NCBI RefSeq assembly: GCF_006345805.1
Contig: NC_043007.1
Location: 9,920,001-9,984,000, forward strand
Direction: 5' to 3'
DNA from: Octopus sinensis
Taxonomy: Eukaryota
DNA: 64,000 nt
Shown: positions 13,327 to 25,821 of the stretch, in pieces
How positions within the stretch are numbered: the stretch's first letter is position 1
Layout: each line of letters opens with the position of its first letter
Notes under the pieces: model-generated
Databases searched by the model: none
The model's input: only the letters and a program-made list of their open reading frames with translations
What the model was told of the DNA's origin: nothing
Translations under genes and position numbers: made by a program

Positions 13327-13489
13327 CCGCTTTTTACTCGTGTATAAGTCGCACCTCCTAATTTAGCATTAAATCTTGGTACAAAATTTCCTTCACATTC
13401 GAACTTGATATCAACTTTGCCCTCCGTGTATACGTTTTTCAGTTAAAGTCATGTATAATTTAATGCGACAGGTACACGTGTAAATACGG
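13327..13489. mobile_element. Degenerate pogo-like MITE (CCG(C/T) termini, TA flanks)
   Basis: ta|ccgctttttactcgtgtata ... tacacgtgtaaatacgg|ta. Confidence 0.55.
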
Positions 13490-13668
13490 TAAGGTACCAG
13501 ACTTAAATCTTTGAGGTATTTGCTTACGTCAAAGCTGATTTTAACATTCAACCATCTTGGTCAATGAAATAAACATTCATCATAGACCAAGCGCCACCAA
13601 ACTTTTTTTTCACGGTGAGCCAGATAACTGGGAGAATGAAGAGCGCAGGCCGCATATCCATTTTGTTC

Positions 13669-13907
13669 AATACAGTATTTTTTCTTTACTACCCACAAGG
13701 GGCTAAACATAGAGAGGACAAACAAGGACAGATAAACGGATTAAGTCGATTACATCGACCCCAGTGCGTAACTGGTGCTTTATTTATCGACCCAGAAAGG
13801 ATGAAAGGCAAAGTCGACCTCGGCGGAATTTGAACTCAGAACGTAACGACAGACGAAATATCGCTAAGCATTTCGCCCGGCGCGCTAACGTTTCTGCCAG
13901 CTCGCCG
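13669..13907 (-). mobile_element. S2 SINE nested in the 3' region of the hAT
   Basis: Young S2 copy between the transposase end and the TIR. Confidence 0.85.
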
Positions 13908-14059
13908 TACAGTACAGTAAATATACAAAATATAAAGACAACCAGCATATTTATTTACCAAAAAGTTAACAGAGAAGGCAACGTTAGCAATAAGATAGTT
14001 ACATCACATCCAGTGCAAACATATCCGATCTCAGAAACTAAGTAGCAAAAAAAAAAATG

Positions 14060-15602
14060 CTTAATGAGATTTGTGAAACTGGTGTTTAAGATATTAACAA
14101 CATTTGCCTTGAAATTGCTGCATCCAACCAAGAGAATTGCTTTCAAAATTTATGTCAACCTCATTCGATGGGCTGACTTCACATACTTCATTTTTTAAAA
14201 TGTTTGTTCACAGACATATGTTGTTCCAAACACCGATGCCATGCCAGAGGCAAATTTCTTCAACTTAGAAATTTCATCATCAGGTAAGCAGCGATAAAAT
14301 TCTTCAAGTTCTCCTTCTCTGTGCTTCTCTTTCAACGACTCATTTGCTTGCAAATCAGTGAGCACCAACTGTAGATCGACTTGTACGTCATCAAGGTTAC
14401 AATCAAACGGATTTTGAAACAGAAGACTGTCACTCTCAATTCTGTCGAGATCTGAAAATCTCTCCAAAAACAAAAAAAAAAATGCTTATTTAAGTCACGA
14501 ATAATCTTCTTCGGAAACTCGAGGTTGACATCTGCGATTTCAGCGCAAAACTCTTTGAAACACTGAAAATGAGAGAATTTTTACTCCTTCCAGTTGTGCT
14601 TCAAACAATGATAGCTTTCTCCGAAATCCTTTGATAATTCTGTAGAGATCACAAATAAGGTTATCCTTTCCTGAAGCTTCAAGTTCAATTCATTCATCTG
14701 GGATATGATGTCAACCAAAAATGACAATTTTGACAGCCAGGTAGGATCTGACAGAAGTGGATCAGCTTTATCTTTTCGGTGAGAAATAGATATTTTTCTC
14801 TTCGGAGCTTATAATAAGGAAACAAGACTTTACCGCAGCTCAGCCACCTTACTGCTGTTTGATAAGGCAAGTCACAGAATTCAGAATCGATTTCTTCAAG
14901 AAAAGCCTGGAACTGGCGGTGATTAAATGCATGACTCCGAATGATGTCCACTGCAGAAACAACTGGTTTCAGCACGCAAGAAATATCTCAGTCTTTCCCA
15001 TAAAGTGCTTGCTGATGAATAATGCAGTGTATAAACAGAGCGCCCGGGAGTTGAAGATCTTTCAATTTAGTCCTGGTCTGCGCACCAAACCCTTCCTCAC
15101 TCCAGCCATGTTTTTTCCTCCATCAACTGTAACACATCGAAGCTGATTTCACTGAAGATTACAGTCTTGCAAAGTTTTCTGCACTTCCATGAAAATGTCT
15201 TCTCCAGTTGTTTTTCCGTGCATGCTGCAAACGGATGCAAAATCTTCTGTTATCTGGAAGTCCAAATTAACACCACGAATGAATACGAGAAGTTGTGACG
15301 CACTCGAGAGATCAGTAGACTCATCCAGTGCCAGAGAATCCCACAAGAAGTTCCTAGCTTTCTCGCGTATCTGTAGCACTATGATCTCTCCAAGTTCTTT
15401 TCATTGCACAACTAAACTAGCTGATAGGCAGATACTTCCAAAAAATCGGCTTTTTCAGGACACAAGTCATTTGCTGTTTCCATCATACACTCTTTGATAA
15501 AGACACCGTTAGTAAACGGTTTTCCTCAATCTGCTATCTTATGCGCTATTTTATAACTTCTACGAGGGACAGATTCATTTTTCAGCAAACATTCTCGGAA
15601 AG
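14060..15602 (-). pseudogene. Frameshifted hAT transposase (SPIN/GTF2IRD2-like)
   Basis: Fragments WDSLALDESTDLSSASQLLVFIRGV (catalytic DES), IIRSHAFNHRQFQAFL...AVRWLSCGKVL, FQNPF and FGTTYVCEQTF, spread over several frames with stops. Confidence 0.9.
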
Positions 15603-15877
15603 CATAATTAAATCTCAGAATGAGATTGAAACAGTAATCGCTCGATAATGTAAAGTATAGAAGCCATCTTATCATGGCTCGATAATCCCGAAACTAGTTC
15701 GAGCGTATCACTCAGGCTTGCGAGGAAGGGATGGCCTCCCTTTGCAAATACTCCAAGGACACTGATATTGCGTCTAAAGCCAGCTAGAGACGAAGATCTC
15801 TTGGGGCTATAAAGCTACAGTAACACCCCCTCCCCAATGTGGTTAGCCATGATAAGATGGCTTCTATACTTTACATT
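15603..15877. other. ~270-bp insertion with 33-bp perfect inverted repeat and 14-bp flanking direct repeat
   Basis: aatgtaaagtatagaagccatcttatcatggct (15647-15679) and its reverse complement (15845-15877); acattctcggaaag at 15589-15602 and 15873-15886. Confidence 0.85.
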
Positions 15878-16865
15878 CTCGGAAAGAGAATGTTTAAACA
15901 CAGCAATGCAAGTTAAAGCACAATCACTGCAGGAATTAACTCTCAAAGCAGGTACTTACACAAAAGGTACAGTGCGGCGGCGAGCCGGATGAACTGACCA
16001 CGTGGGCCTGATCTGGCCCGCGGACTGTACTTTGGTGACCTTTGATCATAGACTGATATAAAGTGGCGAGCTGGCAGAATCGTTAGCACGTAAGACAAAA
16101 TTCTTAGCTGCATAAATGTTCTGTGTTGAATTGTCACTGAGGTCAACTTTACTTTTCATCCTTTCGAGGTCGATAAAATAAAGTGCCACGGTCAAGTGGT
16201 ACTTTATTTTATCTACTCGCGCTCTCTCCTCAAAATTGTTGGCCTTGGCCTTGAACCCTACACCAGACTAGCGTCCCGTCCAGGGTAAAAATGCTGTGGT
16301 CTCGGTCACTTAAATGTCATGAAAACCGGGTAACTGGCCTCATGAGTCCAGGATTTCATGAAAGAAAATAATGTTGATATCGATTCAGTCCTTCCTTGCA
16401 CCATCTGGCCAACGAACGACCCGTGGTAGCTTCCTTAACGAGCACTATATATTGTGGAAATTCTCGTGGAAATATACAAAGATGGTAAAGGCGGCAAGCT
16501 GGCAGAATCGTTAAACAAGCCGGGCAAAATGCTTAGCGGCATTTCGCTCGTCTTTACGTTCTGAGTTCAAATAACGCCGAAGTCGACTTTGCCTTTCGTC
16601 CTTTTGACGTCGATAAAACAAGTACCAGTTGAAATCAGGGGTTCATTGTAATCGATTTATCCCCTCCTTCGAAAACTGCTGGCCTTGTATCAAAATTTGA
16701 AATCAATATACAAAGATGGTAATAATCCTAACAGTTCACCATCTCGACTATATAACACTCCCAACTAATTCTGGGTGTAACTAAAGATGTTATGTACACT
16801 AACCTCGACTTTGTTTCCTCATAACTTTCTGAAAAATCGATTTATAAGTTTTCAACAAATGTGTC

Positions 16866-17295
16866 TTATTGTGTACACTGGTCGGTGTGTTGTCCTCACC
16901 TTGATTGTTGCTTTCACTACGTTTCGGCTGTGTATACTCCAGACTTTTTCAATTCATCTTAGTGCCTTACTTGTGATCGAACTCAGAACCTCTAGGGAAC
17001 TGTACTGCATAAACCAACGCCTTTATCCTCTACGTCATACCCGCAGGTGCTGACTAAGTGAATGTTTAAAGCTTACAAACCTGCATTTTTAAGGCTAAAA
17101 AATTCAGTCTGTCATTGCCTACGTAGCGTAGTGGATAAAGGCGTTGGTTAAAACAGTGCAGTCATCTAGAGGTTTTGAGTTCAATCTCAGACAAGGCACT
17201 AAGGTGAATTACAAGACACATGAAGAAACGAAGTGAAAGCAACAATCAAGATGAGGTCATCATTTTTGCCTAATGTAAACTGTGTACATAATATA
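16866..17295. mobile_element. Head-to-head inverted pair of tRNA-like-headed elements with HHR-like tail
   Basis: Arms ~16866-17035 (minus) and ~17116-17295 (plus) align as reverse complements. Head tagtggataaaggcgttgg...gcagtcatctagagg...gagttc(g/a)atc; tail contains ccgaaacgtagtg. Confidence 0.75.
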
Positions 17296-17338
17296 GATTC
17301 CTCATCTCAGAAATATAGAATTGTAAAAATGTTTCATA

Positions 17339-17758
17339 GGCGCAGGAGTGGCTGTGTGGTAAGTAGCTTGCTTACCAACCACATGGTTCCGGGTTCTGTC
17401 CCACTGCGTGGCACCTTGGGCAAATGTCTTCTGCTATAGCCTCGGGCCGACCAAAGCCTTGTGAGTGGATTTGGTAGACGGAAACTGAAAGAAGCCCATC
17501 GTATATATATGTATATATATGTATGTGCGTGTGTGTTTGTGTGTCTGAGTTTGTCCCCCCCCCCTAGCATTGCTTGACAACCGATGCTGGTGTGTTTATG
17601 TCCCCGTCACTTAGCGGTTCGGCAAAAGAGACCGATAGAATAAGTACTGGGCTTACAAAAGAATAAGTCTCGGGGTCGAGTTGCTCGACTAAAGGCGGTG
17701 CTCCAGCATGGCCGCAGTCAAATGACTGAAACAAGTAAAAGAGTAAAAGAGTAAAGAG
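17339..17758 (+). mobile_element. S1 SINE, full length
   Basis: Complete, CpG-intact copy. Confidence 0.9.
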
Positions 17759-17759
17759 A

Positions 17760-18420
17760 GTAGTATAGCTTACAAATTATATCGGAATTCACACACTGCA
17801 TCGAAATGTATGAGACCACTAAGTCGAGGTGTATGAAATATACAACCTCGACTTAACAATTTTAACTTTTTATATCAAACTTCGATATAAATGTAATGTA
17901 TACTATCTAAAACATAATTGTAGAAAATTTCGTTAAAAAATATCCAATTTTCGGAAAATTACGAGGAAACAAATCGGAGTGTGTATATGAATTATCCGAA
18001 ACTCCTCTTCTCACTACACCAATCCCCGAAATTTCTTTTGTTCCTTTTTTTTTTTTGCCACACATTCCGATATAACCCTAATCTACATCATCTCATATAA
18101 AATCCGTTCTGTCTGCCTGTCTGTGTGTGTCTTCTCGGATCTCGGGCATCCTCCATCCGATTGCGCTCAAATTTGATATGTAGATACCGACGGTATCAGG
18201 GCGTGTATAAGTTTTGAAAAAATTACAAAATCGATTCCAGGTGAGAATGCGATCGATAAAGCCGTTTTTGTCCTGCTTTTCTTCCGTCAACCTGTACATA
18301 ACTGCACCTTCCATTTTTTGTTGTTTTTGTACTACTTAAAGGCACGTTTCTTTCCTGCCAAGCTTACTGTTTAAACCATGTTCGTGTTCTCCCAGTCAAC
18401 AGCCTTATCATTACTGGTAC
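17760..18420. mobile_element. HINE-like fragments
   Basis: Short IR aagtcgaggt/acctcgactt (17820-17853); ctgtctgcctgtctgtgtg microsatellite followed by ccgattgcgctcaaatttg. Confidence 0.45.
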
Positions 18421-19288
18421 TTTAAATTCTTCGGTTGCATATTTGTGTGAAAAGCGTTTTTCTTTGGAATAGAAAAAAAGTCTATCTTTATTTCTTCTTT
18501 TGCTGGTGTCTCAAATTTAGGTTAAATCAGCGTTTCTCAAAGGGGAGGCCTATGGGACTTTCGTTTAAATGTCTGACAACTCAGCACCGTCCATTGGTCG
18601 GTGGGGGGGGGGCGTTTTGCTCGTCTAAAATATATTTCTGGAAAACTGCATTAGAAAAATATGCATTTTTCAAAAAGTTATGAAGGAACAAATTCTAGCG
18701 TGGAAGAGGTGGGGGGGGGGGAAGTCGCACATGTGTAGTTATTCGCCAGTTCTGTATCTTCTCACCAAAGATTTTTCTTTCTGTCTTTTTTCCTTTTCGG
18801 GGGGGGGGGGGGGGGGGTAGAGGAGTGGGATGGGGGTGTGTGTAAAATAAATCAATATTTATAAATCGTTCAAAAGTGGTGGAAGGCAAAATCAGTAGAG
18901 CGCTAAGTAAGATATCTTGTTATGTGCCTTTATATTCTTAGTTCAAATTCCGCCGGCATCGACTCTATCTTTCTTTATTCCTGGATCAATAAAATAAACA
19001 CCATCCAAGTCGTGGGGGGTCGATGTAAGCGACTGCATCTCTTTCCTACAAATTTGATCTCTTGTGTCAAAGTTGAAAAATCAATAATTATAAATTGTTC
19101 AATGTTTTAAGTTTATCTGTCGTCATATATCTTGTAGTAGTAGTAGTATAGTAGTAGTAGTAGTAGTAGTAGCAGCAGTAGCAGCAGTAGCAGCAGTAGC
19201 AGTCTAGACCCATGTCAGCCATAATCTATGAACACTATAAGGAAAAGTGGTTTACGTCACAAGAATTCAGAAACTTCGAGAGAACGTG

Positions 19289-19547
19289 AAATAATTCGTT
19301 TTTAACGGTGGAACTCTAAGTGGATGAACCAATAAATGATAGCGTGTAAAACATAGGGTTAAAAAAGAGCCATTTGGATAGAAAAAGTCGAAGGCTGCCC
19401 GTGGGATCTAGAACATGTGGGTTCGAGTCCCACCGAAATCCTTTAACCTTTTCTATCCAAATGATTTTTATTTTTTTACCCTATATTTACGCGCTTTTAT
19501 TTATAGCTTTATCTATTTTGAGTTCTGCAGTTAAAAACGAATTATTT
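19289..19547. mobile_element. Fold-back element: inverted tail + tRNA-like half-head + tail
   Basis: Perfect IR blocks 19289-19306/19530-19547 and 19371-19385/19449-19463; the spacer contains a B-box-like ggttcgagtccc. Confidence 0.7.
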
Positions 19548-20104
19548 ATCATTAAAAGCGTTCCACTCGTAATAATCTCCTCTAGTATTCAAGCATAGTG
19601 TATCTAGGACCACTTCACCTAATGAGTCCTTCCTTTTTAAAACGGTAGAGTACGTGATTTGAAGGAAATTTGATTGCTATTTCTAGCATTCTAGCGACCA
19701 CATACCGGCTTCATCATTTCCAGTTGTGATTAGCAAGAATCTGTTATTTACATACATTCGTTGTAACTCAGTAAACACTGATTTATACCACTTCTGTCAT
19801 TCTGTGTAGCAATACTTCAGAATTTCGACCAAAAAAAAATTGTCCAAAAGTCACAGAAAACCATCCCGAACCTTATAAATTAAAGGTAGGTTCGCAAAAC
19901 AGTGACGGATAATAAACAAACTTTATTTGAATCAACAAACAAATATTTAAACCAATAAAGGTTTTTCGCAGCAGTTTTGCGGTGGAGAAAAATTCTTTAA
20001 ACAAGATTTTAGAACATTTTAGCTTACTGGCAAGTGGCGCTTCAAGACTAGGGATAGAAAAACGAAGACGAGAGAATGCAGAGCGAGACGATATTCTACT
20101 TTTC

Positions 20105-20731
20105 AGATCTTTTCCTTTTGAACGGCAGATGTCAACACAATTTCTAGTTAACTAAACACTTTTAAACTTCGTATACTGGTAGAATGTGTTTATAAAACAT
20201 CATTTTCTCTTGGTTTTATTGAGAAAATTCTATAGTTTGTAAGATATTTCGTCTGAAAATCCGAGCATTTCGGCAATTTTAATCAATCGATTACCTCCAT
20301 TCAACTAAAATCATTTGCTGCGTCTAAAACTGAGACAACATCCTGTAACTAACCCTAAACCTCCCCCCTAACCCTAACCCTAACCCTAATTTTTTTTTCT
20401 TAATTGTAAAATTAATTTAATTCCATTGCTTTAGTTTTTTTTACACGCGTAACAATTAAATTAATTTAACAATTAAGAAAAAAAATTTAGGGTTAGGGTT
20501 AGTGACAGGATGTTGTCTCAGTTTTAGACGCAGCAAATGATTTTAGCTCAAAAGAGAGCATAGGATTGGTTAAAATTCAAAAAAATTAAACTACGTTAAA
20601 CAAACAAATTACAATTTTCTCAAGAAAGCCAAGAGAAAAAAATGTTTTATTTTGACACATTCTACCAGTATACGAAGTTTTAAAGTGTTTAGTTAACTAG
20701 AAATTGTCTGTCGTTCAAAAGGAAAAGATCC
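20105..20731. mobile_element. Long palindromic GGATC-TIR MITE with telomere repeats in both arms
   Basis: TSD tacttttc (20097-20104 / 20732-20739); (CCCTAA)n near 20366-20390 and (TTAGGG)n near 20487-20502. Confidence 0.85.
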
Positions 20732-20954
20732 TACTTTTCTGCTCACGAGGGCAATCAATCAATCAGTCAGTCAATCAATCAATCCATCCATCCATCCATC
20801 AATCAATTAATCATTTGGAGGTGTAAGAACTTCAAAATCAAACCCCGACTTACTTGTGGATCTGTTTTTCATTGAAAAAACGTTTTATGGAGAAGACCCC
20901 TTGATACAATCATCGGTTGTCTTACTTTTGCTCGTTATTGTGTATTTACAGACA

Positions 20955-21433
20955 CCGTAAATCCTCGAGTATAATCCGCATTTCCCCCCAAAAATTTAAA
21001 GGTCAAAATCCCTAGTGCGTACTATATACGAGGTCAAAAATGAAAATTATTTTCTAAGCAATGTCCGAGTCTCATCAATGTTTATTCAGACGCATTTTGT
21101 GATGTCGTGCGCGAAAATACCTTAAGCTAAGCCTAAAAGCAATGAACTCATAAAAGAATCATCCATAACTTGTAGTAAGCAACATTTATTAAACATTATT
21201 ACTGTTATTTCTTTATTTTCTGCAAACAAAATGCACAAAAAAAGCGTTTGCATTATGTTATATATACAATAATAATAAAGGACGTTACCGTATACAGTTT
21301 TACAAACCAAGGACGTTATATAGACCTCGTTGAATTAAGTTCGAGAAGGGGTGCGTATTGTACACAAGGTTTAGGTTTTTCAGAGATACAGCCCCCTAAA
21401 ACTCCCCTGCGGATAATACTCGAGGATTTACGG
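20955..21433. mobile_element. pogo-type MITE, second copy
   Basis: Same TIRs as 5780-6298; interior is its reverse complement. Confidence 0.85.
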
Positions 21434-21593
21434 TACTCGGAGAATAACATACACGTTGCACTAGAGTGCATCACTGTAATCCATTGCCCTTTCATGTTAA
21501 ACGGATCTCAAGAAAGAAGATGTAGTCAACCATGAATGTATGTATGTATGGATGTATGTATGATGTATGTATGTATGTATGTATTATGTGTGA

Positions 21594-21910
21594 GGGCGCG
21601 TGGCTTAGTGGTTAGGGCATTCGGCTCATGATCGTAAGGTTGTGAGTTCGATTCCCGGCGACGCGTTGTGTCCTTGAGCAAGACACTTTATTTCACGTTG
21701 CTCCAGTCCACTCAGCTGGCAAAAATGAGTTGTACTTGTATTTCAAAGGGTCAGCCTTGTCACTCTCTGTGTCACGCTGATTATCCCCGAGAACTACGTT
21801 AAGGGTACACGTGTCTGTGGAATGCTCAGCCATTTGCACGTTAATTTCACGAGCAAGCTGTTCCGTTGATCGTATCAGCTGGGACCCTCGTCGTCGTAAC
21901 CGGCGGAGTC
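21594..21910 (+). mobile_element. CORE-like tRNA SINE (S3 head, different tail); diverged relatives near 54900-55130 (-) and 58560-58630
   Basis: ggcgcgtggcttagtggttagg...gagttcgattccc, then gtgtccttgagcaagacactttatttcacgttgctccagtccactcagctgg. Confidence 0.75.
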
Positions 21911-22002
21911 TTTTTAATGTATTATGTATGTATGTATTATGTAATGTATGTATGTATGATGTATGCATGTATGTATGTATGTATGATGTATGTATGTATG
22001 TA

Positions 22003-22057
<55 letters not shown>

Positions 22058-22419
22058 ATGTATGTATGTATGCATGCGTGCATGTCATTATTCAGTATTA
22101 TTTCAAGATTTCTTGTCAATAAAGAGTCGGTTTCTAACCTAGATCCAAGGCTTCTTCACTGGAATTTCAACATCAACAACAGGGTATTTTTGTATGTATG
22201 CATGTATACGTGCAGATATGTATGTTTTATGAAAGTCTTCTCATGCAAATGCTTGCATATCCTGACATGGGATCTTTGCCGGTCAAAAAGTAAAGATCCC
22301 TAGACATGCTCATATATACCTAACTGATAAACTTCTGGAAAGTTTTACAGATTTTTACATTTCCAGTGATGGCTTGCATCTGTAGTCTTCGAAATATATA
22401 TATATACGTATGTACGTAC

Positions 22420-22422
22420 GCA

Positions 22423-22487
<65 letters not shown>

Positions 22488-22752
22488 ATGTATGTATGTA
22501 TGCATGCATGTGTGCATGTGTGTATGTGTGTGTGTATGTATGTATGTATGTATGTATGATGTATGTATGTATGTATGTATGCATGTATGTGTGTATGTAT
22601 GTATGTATGTATGTATGTATGTATGTATGTATGTATGTATGTATGTATGTGTGCGTGTGTGTGTGTGTGCATGTGTGTGTGTATGTGTGTATGTATGTAT
22701 GTATGTATGTATGTATGTATGTATGTATGTATGCATGCATGCATGCATGCAT
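22420..22752. repeat. (TG)n/(TATG)n compound microsatellite
   Basis: Directly visible. Confidence 0.95.
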
Positions 22753-22772
22753 GTTTTCCCCTATTATTAATT

Positions 22773-23085
22773 ACCAGCAGTATCGCCCGGCGTTGCTCGG
22801 GTTTGTTTCGACCCTTTAGAATTGGAATTTTTGAAAAGTAAAAATTTTGCATTATGTAACTTGTTATTCTCTTTAAGTGAACATTTTTCTGGTTGAAATA
22901 CACCGAAAAATGGCGACACGGCAGTCAAAAAATCGTAAAAAAATAGGAATTTTCATAGAAAAAAAGCACCTTCTTCTATCATATCCTTAATTTTGGTCAA
23001 CTTGCGCCGCAGGTCTGGGAGGAGATAGTGTTAGTTGAAGGCTACCAAAGCTGCCATACACAGACAACTTCAGCTTTATATATAT
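22773..23085 (+). mobile_element. HINE-like element sharing its 5' end with 6988-7360
   Basis: accagcagtatcgcccggcgttgctcgggtttgt start; ends cacagacaacttcagctttatatatatag. Confidence 0.55.
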
Positions 23086-24404
23086 AGAGAGATTTGGAGT
23101 TTTCCTGTAAGGAAGGATTTGGTTTCTAACAAAGATACAAAGTTCAATCGTTGAAATGTGGGTAGAGAAAAGTCTTGCATGGTTTTACTGTTTCGCGTAT
23201 AGAATGTTTCGCGTATAGAATGGCGGTGCCCCAGCATGGCCACAGCTCATTAGCTGAAACTGGAAAAATCAAAATCAAAAAATGTATTTTTAATGTACTT
23301 GTTTACTGCTTCATTTCTTTTTCTGAAAATTCCACTTTTTCCAGACTGACACTTGTGCATTTACACAAAATCAAATGCACAAATTATAATTGGTATAAAT
23401 GTGAATTTATAATCTGGATATAAGAAAGAAGCTGAGAGTTTCGAAGCAGTTTTCTATAGTTTTATCCTCTTTCTCTATGACTTTCGACTTCTGACTTTCG
23501 AAAAGATATTCATTCACATCAGCAAGGCAGCAGATCTCAACGACGGTACATACATTTTGTTTTTTGTCTGTCTCAACGATATCCGGTCTGTTGTTTATGT
23601 ATGTATGCATGTATGTATTTATGTATGTGCGTGTATGTGTGTGTGTGTGTGTGTATGTGTTGTGTATGTGTGTGTATGTGTGTGTGTATGTAGGCCTATA
23701 TGGAAGGCTGGATGGATGGACGGATGCTAGTGTATCTTTTTGCGTGCGTATGTATAAGTGTGTGCAAGTTGGTGTTTTATACAGTAACATTCGATGTGCT
23801 TGTATCTATTGGGTTTGCCATCATCATCGTCCTCATCATCATCCCCATCGTCATCATCATCCTCACCACATCACCACCACCACCACCACCACCACCACCA
23901 CCACCACACCGCCCTTGGCACCACCAGTAATTTCATCATCACCGCCATCATCATCACTACCGTTCGTTACGTTTTCTTGTCTTTATTATTCGCTCTCACC
24001 GCATGACCGAACATCGTTCACCAGCGCCTAGGGTATGTAACTCTTTTCTACATATCTTCTTTCCTTTTTTTCTTTCTTTTTTTTCCTTTCTTTCTTCTTT
24101 CTCTCGTTATTTATTTATTTCTTTTGTATCGATGATGTTCTACTTAAGAAGTGTGCAAACACGTCTCGAAGGGATATTTTTGTATATTGTGTTTCAGTGT
24201 AAACTTCTGTATGTGTGTGTGTTGTGTGTGTGTGTGTGTGCGTATGTGTGAACATGGGAGTGTACGTAAATATATTATAAAATATATATGTATTATATAT
24301 ATATGATATGTATTATAATACACACACACACACACACACACACATATAAATAGAGAGAGAGAGATAGTTAGATAGATAGATAGAGAGGGAGAGAGAGGAG
24401 AGAG

Positions 24405-24438
<34 letters not shown>

Positions 24439-24510
24439 TAGATAGATAGATAGATAGATAGATGATGGATAGATAGATAGACAGATAGAGATAGATAGAT
24501 AGATTGATAG

Positions 24511-24543
<33 letters not shown>

Positions 24544-25337
24544 ATAGAGAGAGAGAAAGATAGATAGATAGATAGATAGTGATATAGATATAGATGCAAA
24601 TAGATGTAGATGTATAGATACATATGTGTTTATGTACAAGCATACATACATACATACATACATACATACGTACATACATACATACATACATACATACATA
24701 ATACATAAATGCGTGTGTCCATGTATATCTTTTGTATTTTTTACAATCAAGTCCTTTACCTCTATTATTATATGGATTACTTCTGTTAACAACCCTCAGC
24801 CCTTACATTCTAGTTATATCTATTTCCAGACTTTTATTTTGGGATCATTTATCTACAAGTTCTTGTAAAACATGCTAGGCTGTTTTTTTTTAAACAAAAT
24901 AATCAGGTGTCACTTATTTCTCGGTGTCTGTGTGTGCGTGATGGTGCAATATTTTTCTCGAGTATTGTAATCCACGCAGTTTGCCAATACTTCAGAGAGA
25001 GAGAGAGAGAGACAGAGAGACAGAGAGAGAGAGAAAGAGAGAGAGAGAAAGAGAGAGTGGGGAGGAAGAGAGGGAGGGAGGGAGAGAGAATGAGAGGAGA
25101 GGCAGATTGCAATATCATTAATGCTGGTGGTCAGTTACGACAGTTCACACGTTACCCTTTCTTCTTGTCAAGCGGTGGGATTATTTCAGTTTCCGCCTAC
25201 CAAATCCACTGACAGGTCTTCTGCCTGCCCGTGGCTGTTGCGAATGACATTTGTCCAAGATGCTGTGCAGTGGTATTGAACCTAATACCACATGGTCGGG
25301 AAGCAAGCTTCTCACCACACAGACACGCCTGCACACG

Positions 25338-25745
25338 TTGGCAGAAACGTTAGCGCACCGGGCGAAATGCTTAGTGGTATTTCGTCTGCTGCTGCGTTCT
25401 GAGTTCAAATTCTGCCTAGGTCGACTTTGCCTTTCATCCTTTCGGGGTCGATTAAATAAGTACCACCTACGCACTGGGGTCGATATAATCGACTTAATCC
25501 GTTTGTCTGTTCTTGTTTGTCCTCTCTGTATTTAGCCCCTTGTGGGTAGTAAAGAAATAGGTATTTTGTCTGCCGTTACGTTCTGAGTTCAAATTCTGTG
25601 GAGGTCGACTTTGCCTTTCATCCTTTCCGGAGTCGATAAATAAAGTACCAGTTACACACTGGGGTCGATGTAATCGACTTAATCCCTTTGTCTGTCCTTT
25701 TTTGTCCCCTCTATGTTTAGCCCCTTGTGGGCAATAAAGAAATAT
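25338..25745 (+). mobile_element. S2 SINE with duplicated body
   Basis: Same 1.5-mer layout as 8057-8471 and 11770-12188. Confidence 0.8.
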
Positions 25746-25821
25746 ATAATGTGACCGCGTGTGTACCGTTGGCGATTTTTTTCCCTCCGTCTTCCCTTCT
25801 CTGGATCTTTCCTTTTCCTAT

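Larger units (their letters stand above)
13588..16045 (-). mobile_element. Decayed hAT transposon, Buster/Charlie/SPIN-like
   Basis: Imperfect TIRs (caagcgccaccaaact / caaaggtcaccaaagt), subterminal ggcccgcgg motif, 8-bp TSD tcaTAgac at 13580-13587 and 16046-16053 (nnnTAnnn, the Buster preference). Confidence 0.85.

Noticed and set aside
15740-15812. ctgatattg-cgtct...agacg-aagatc HHR-like string
   Set aside because: Both core halves deviate from CUGANGA/GAAA and no stem I is evident.
17116-17199. Functional tRNA-Leu gene
   Set aside because: B box degenerate, anticodon arm does not pair cleanly, and it is attached to a repeat tail; treated as an element head.
18528-18560. hAT-like start cagcgtttctcaaagggg
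   Set aside because: No matching opposite terminus or TSD found.
19615-19650. HHR-like cac-ctaatga-gtcc...aaaacggta
   Set aside because: Core mutated, no stem II partner, and the 3' part belongs to a different repeat also seen near 39050.
20366-20503. Telomere fusion scar
   Set aside because: The repeats face CCCTAA then TTAGGG inside the arms of a TSD-bounded palindromic MITE, which explains the symmetry.
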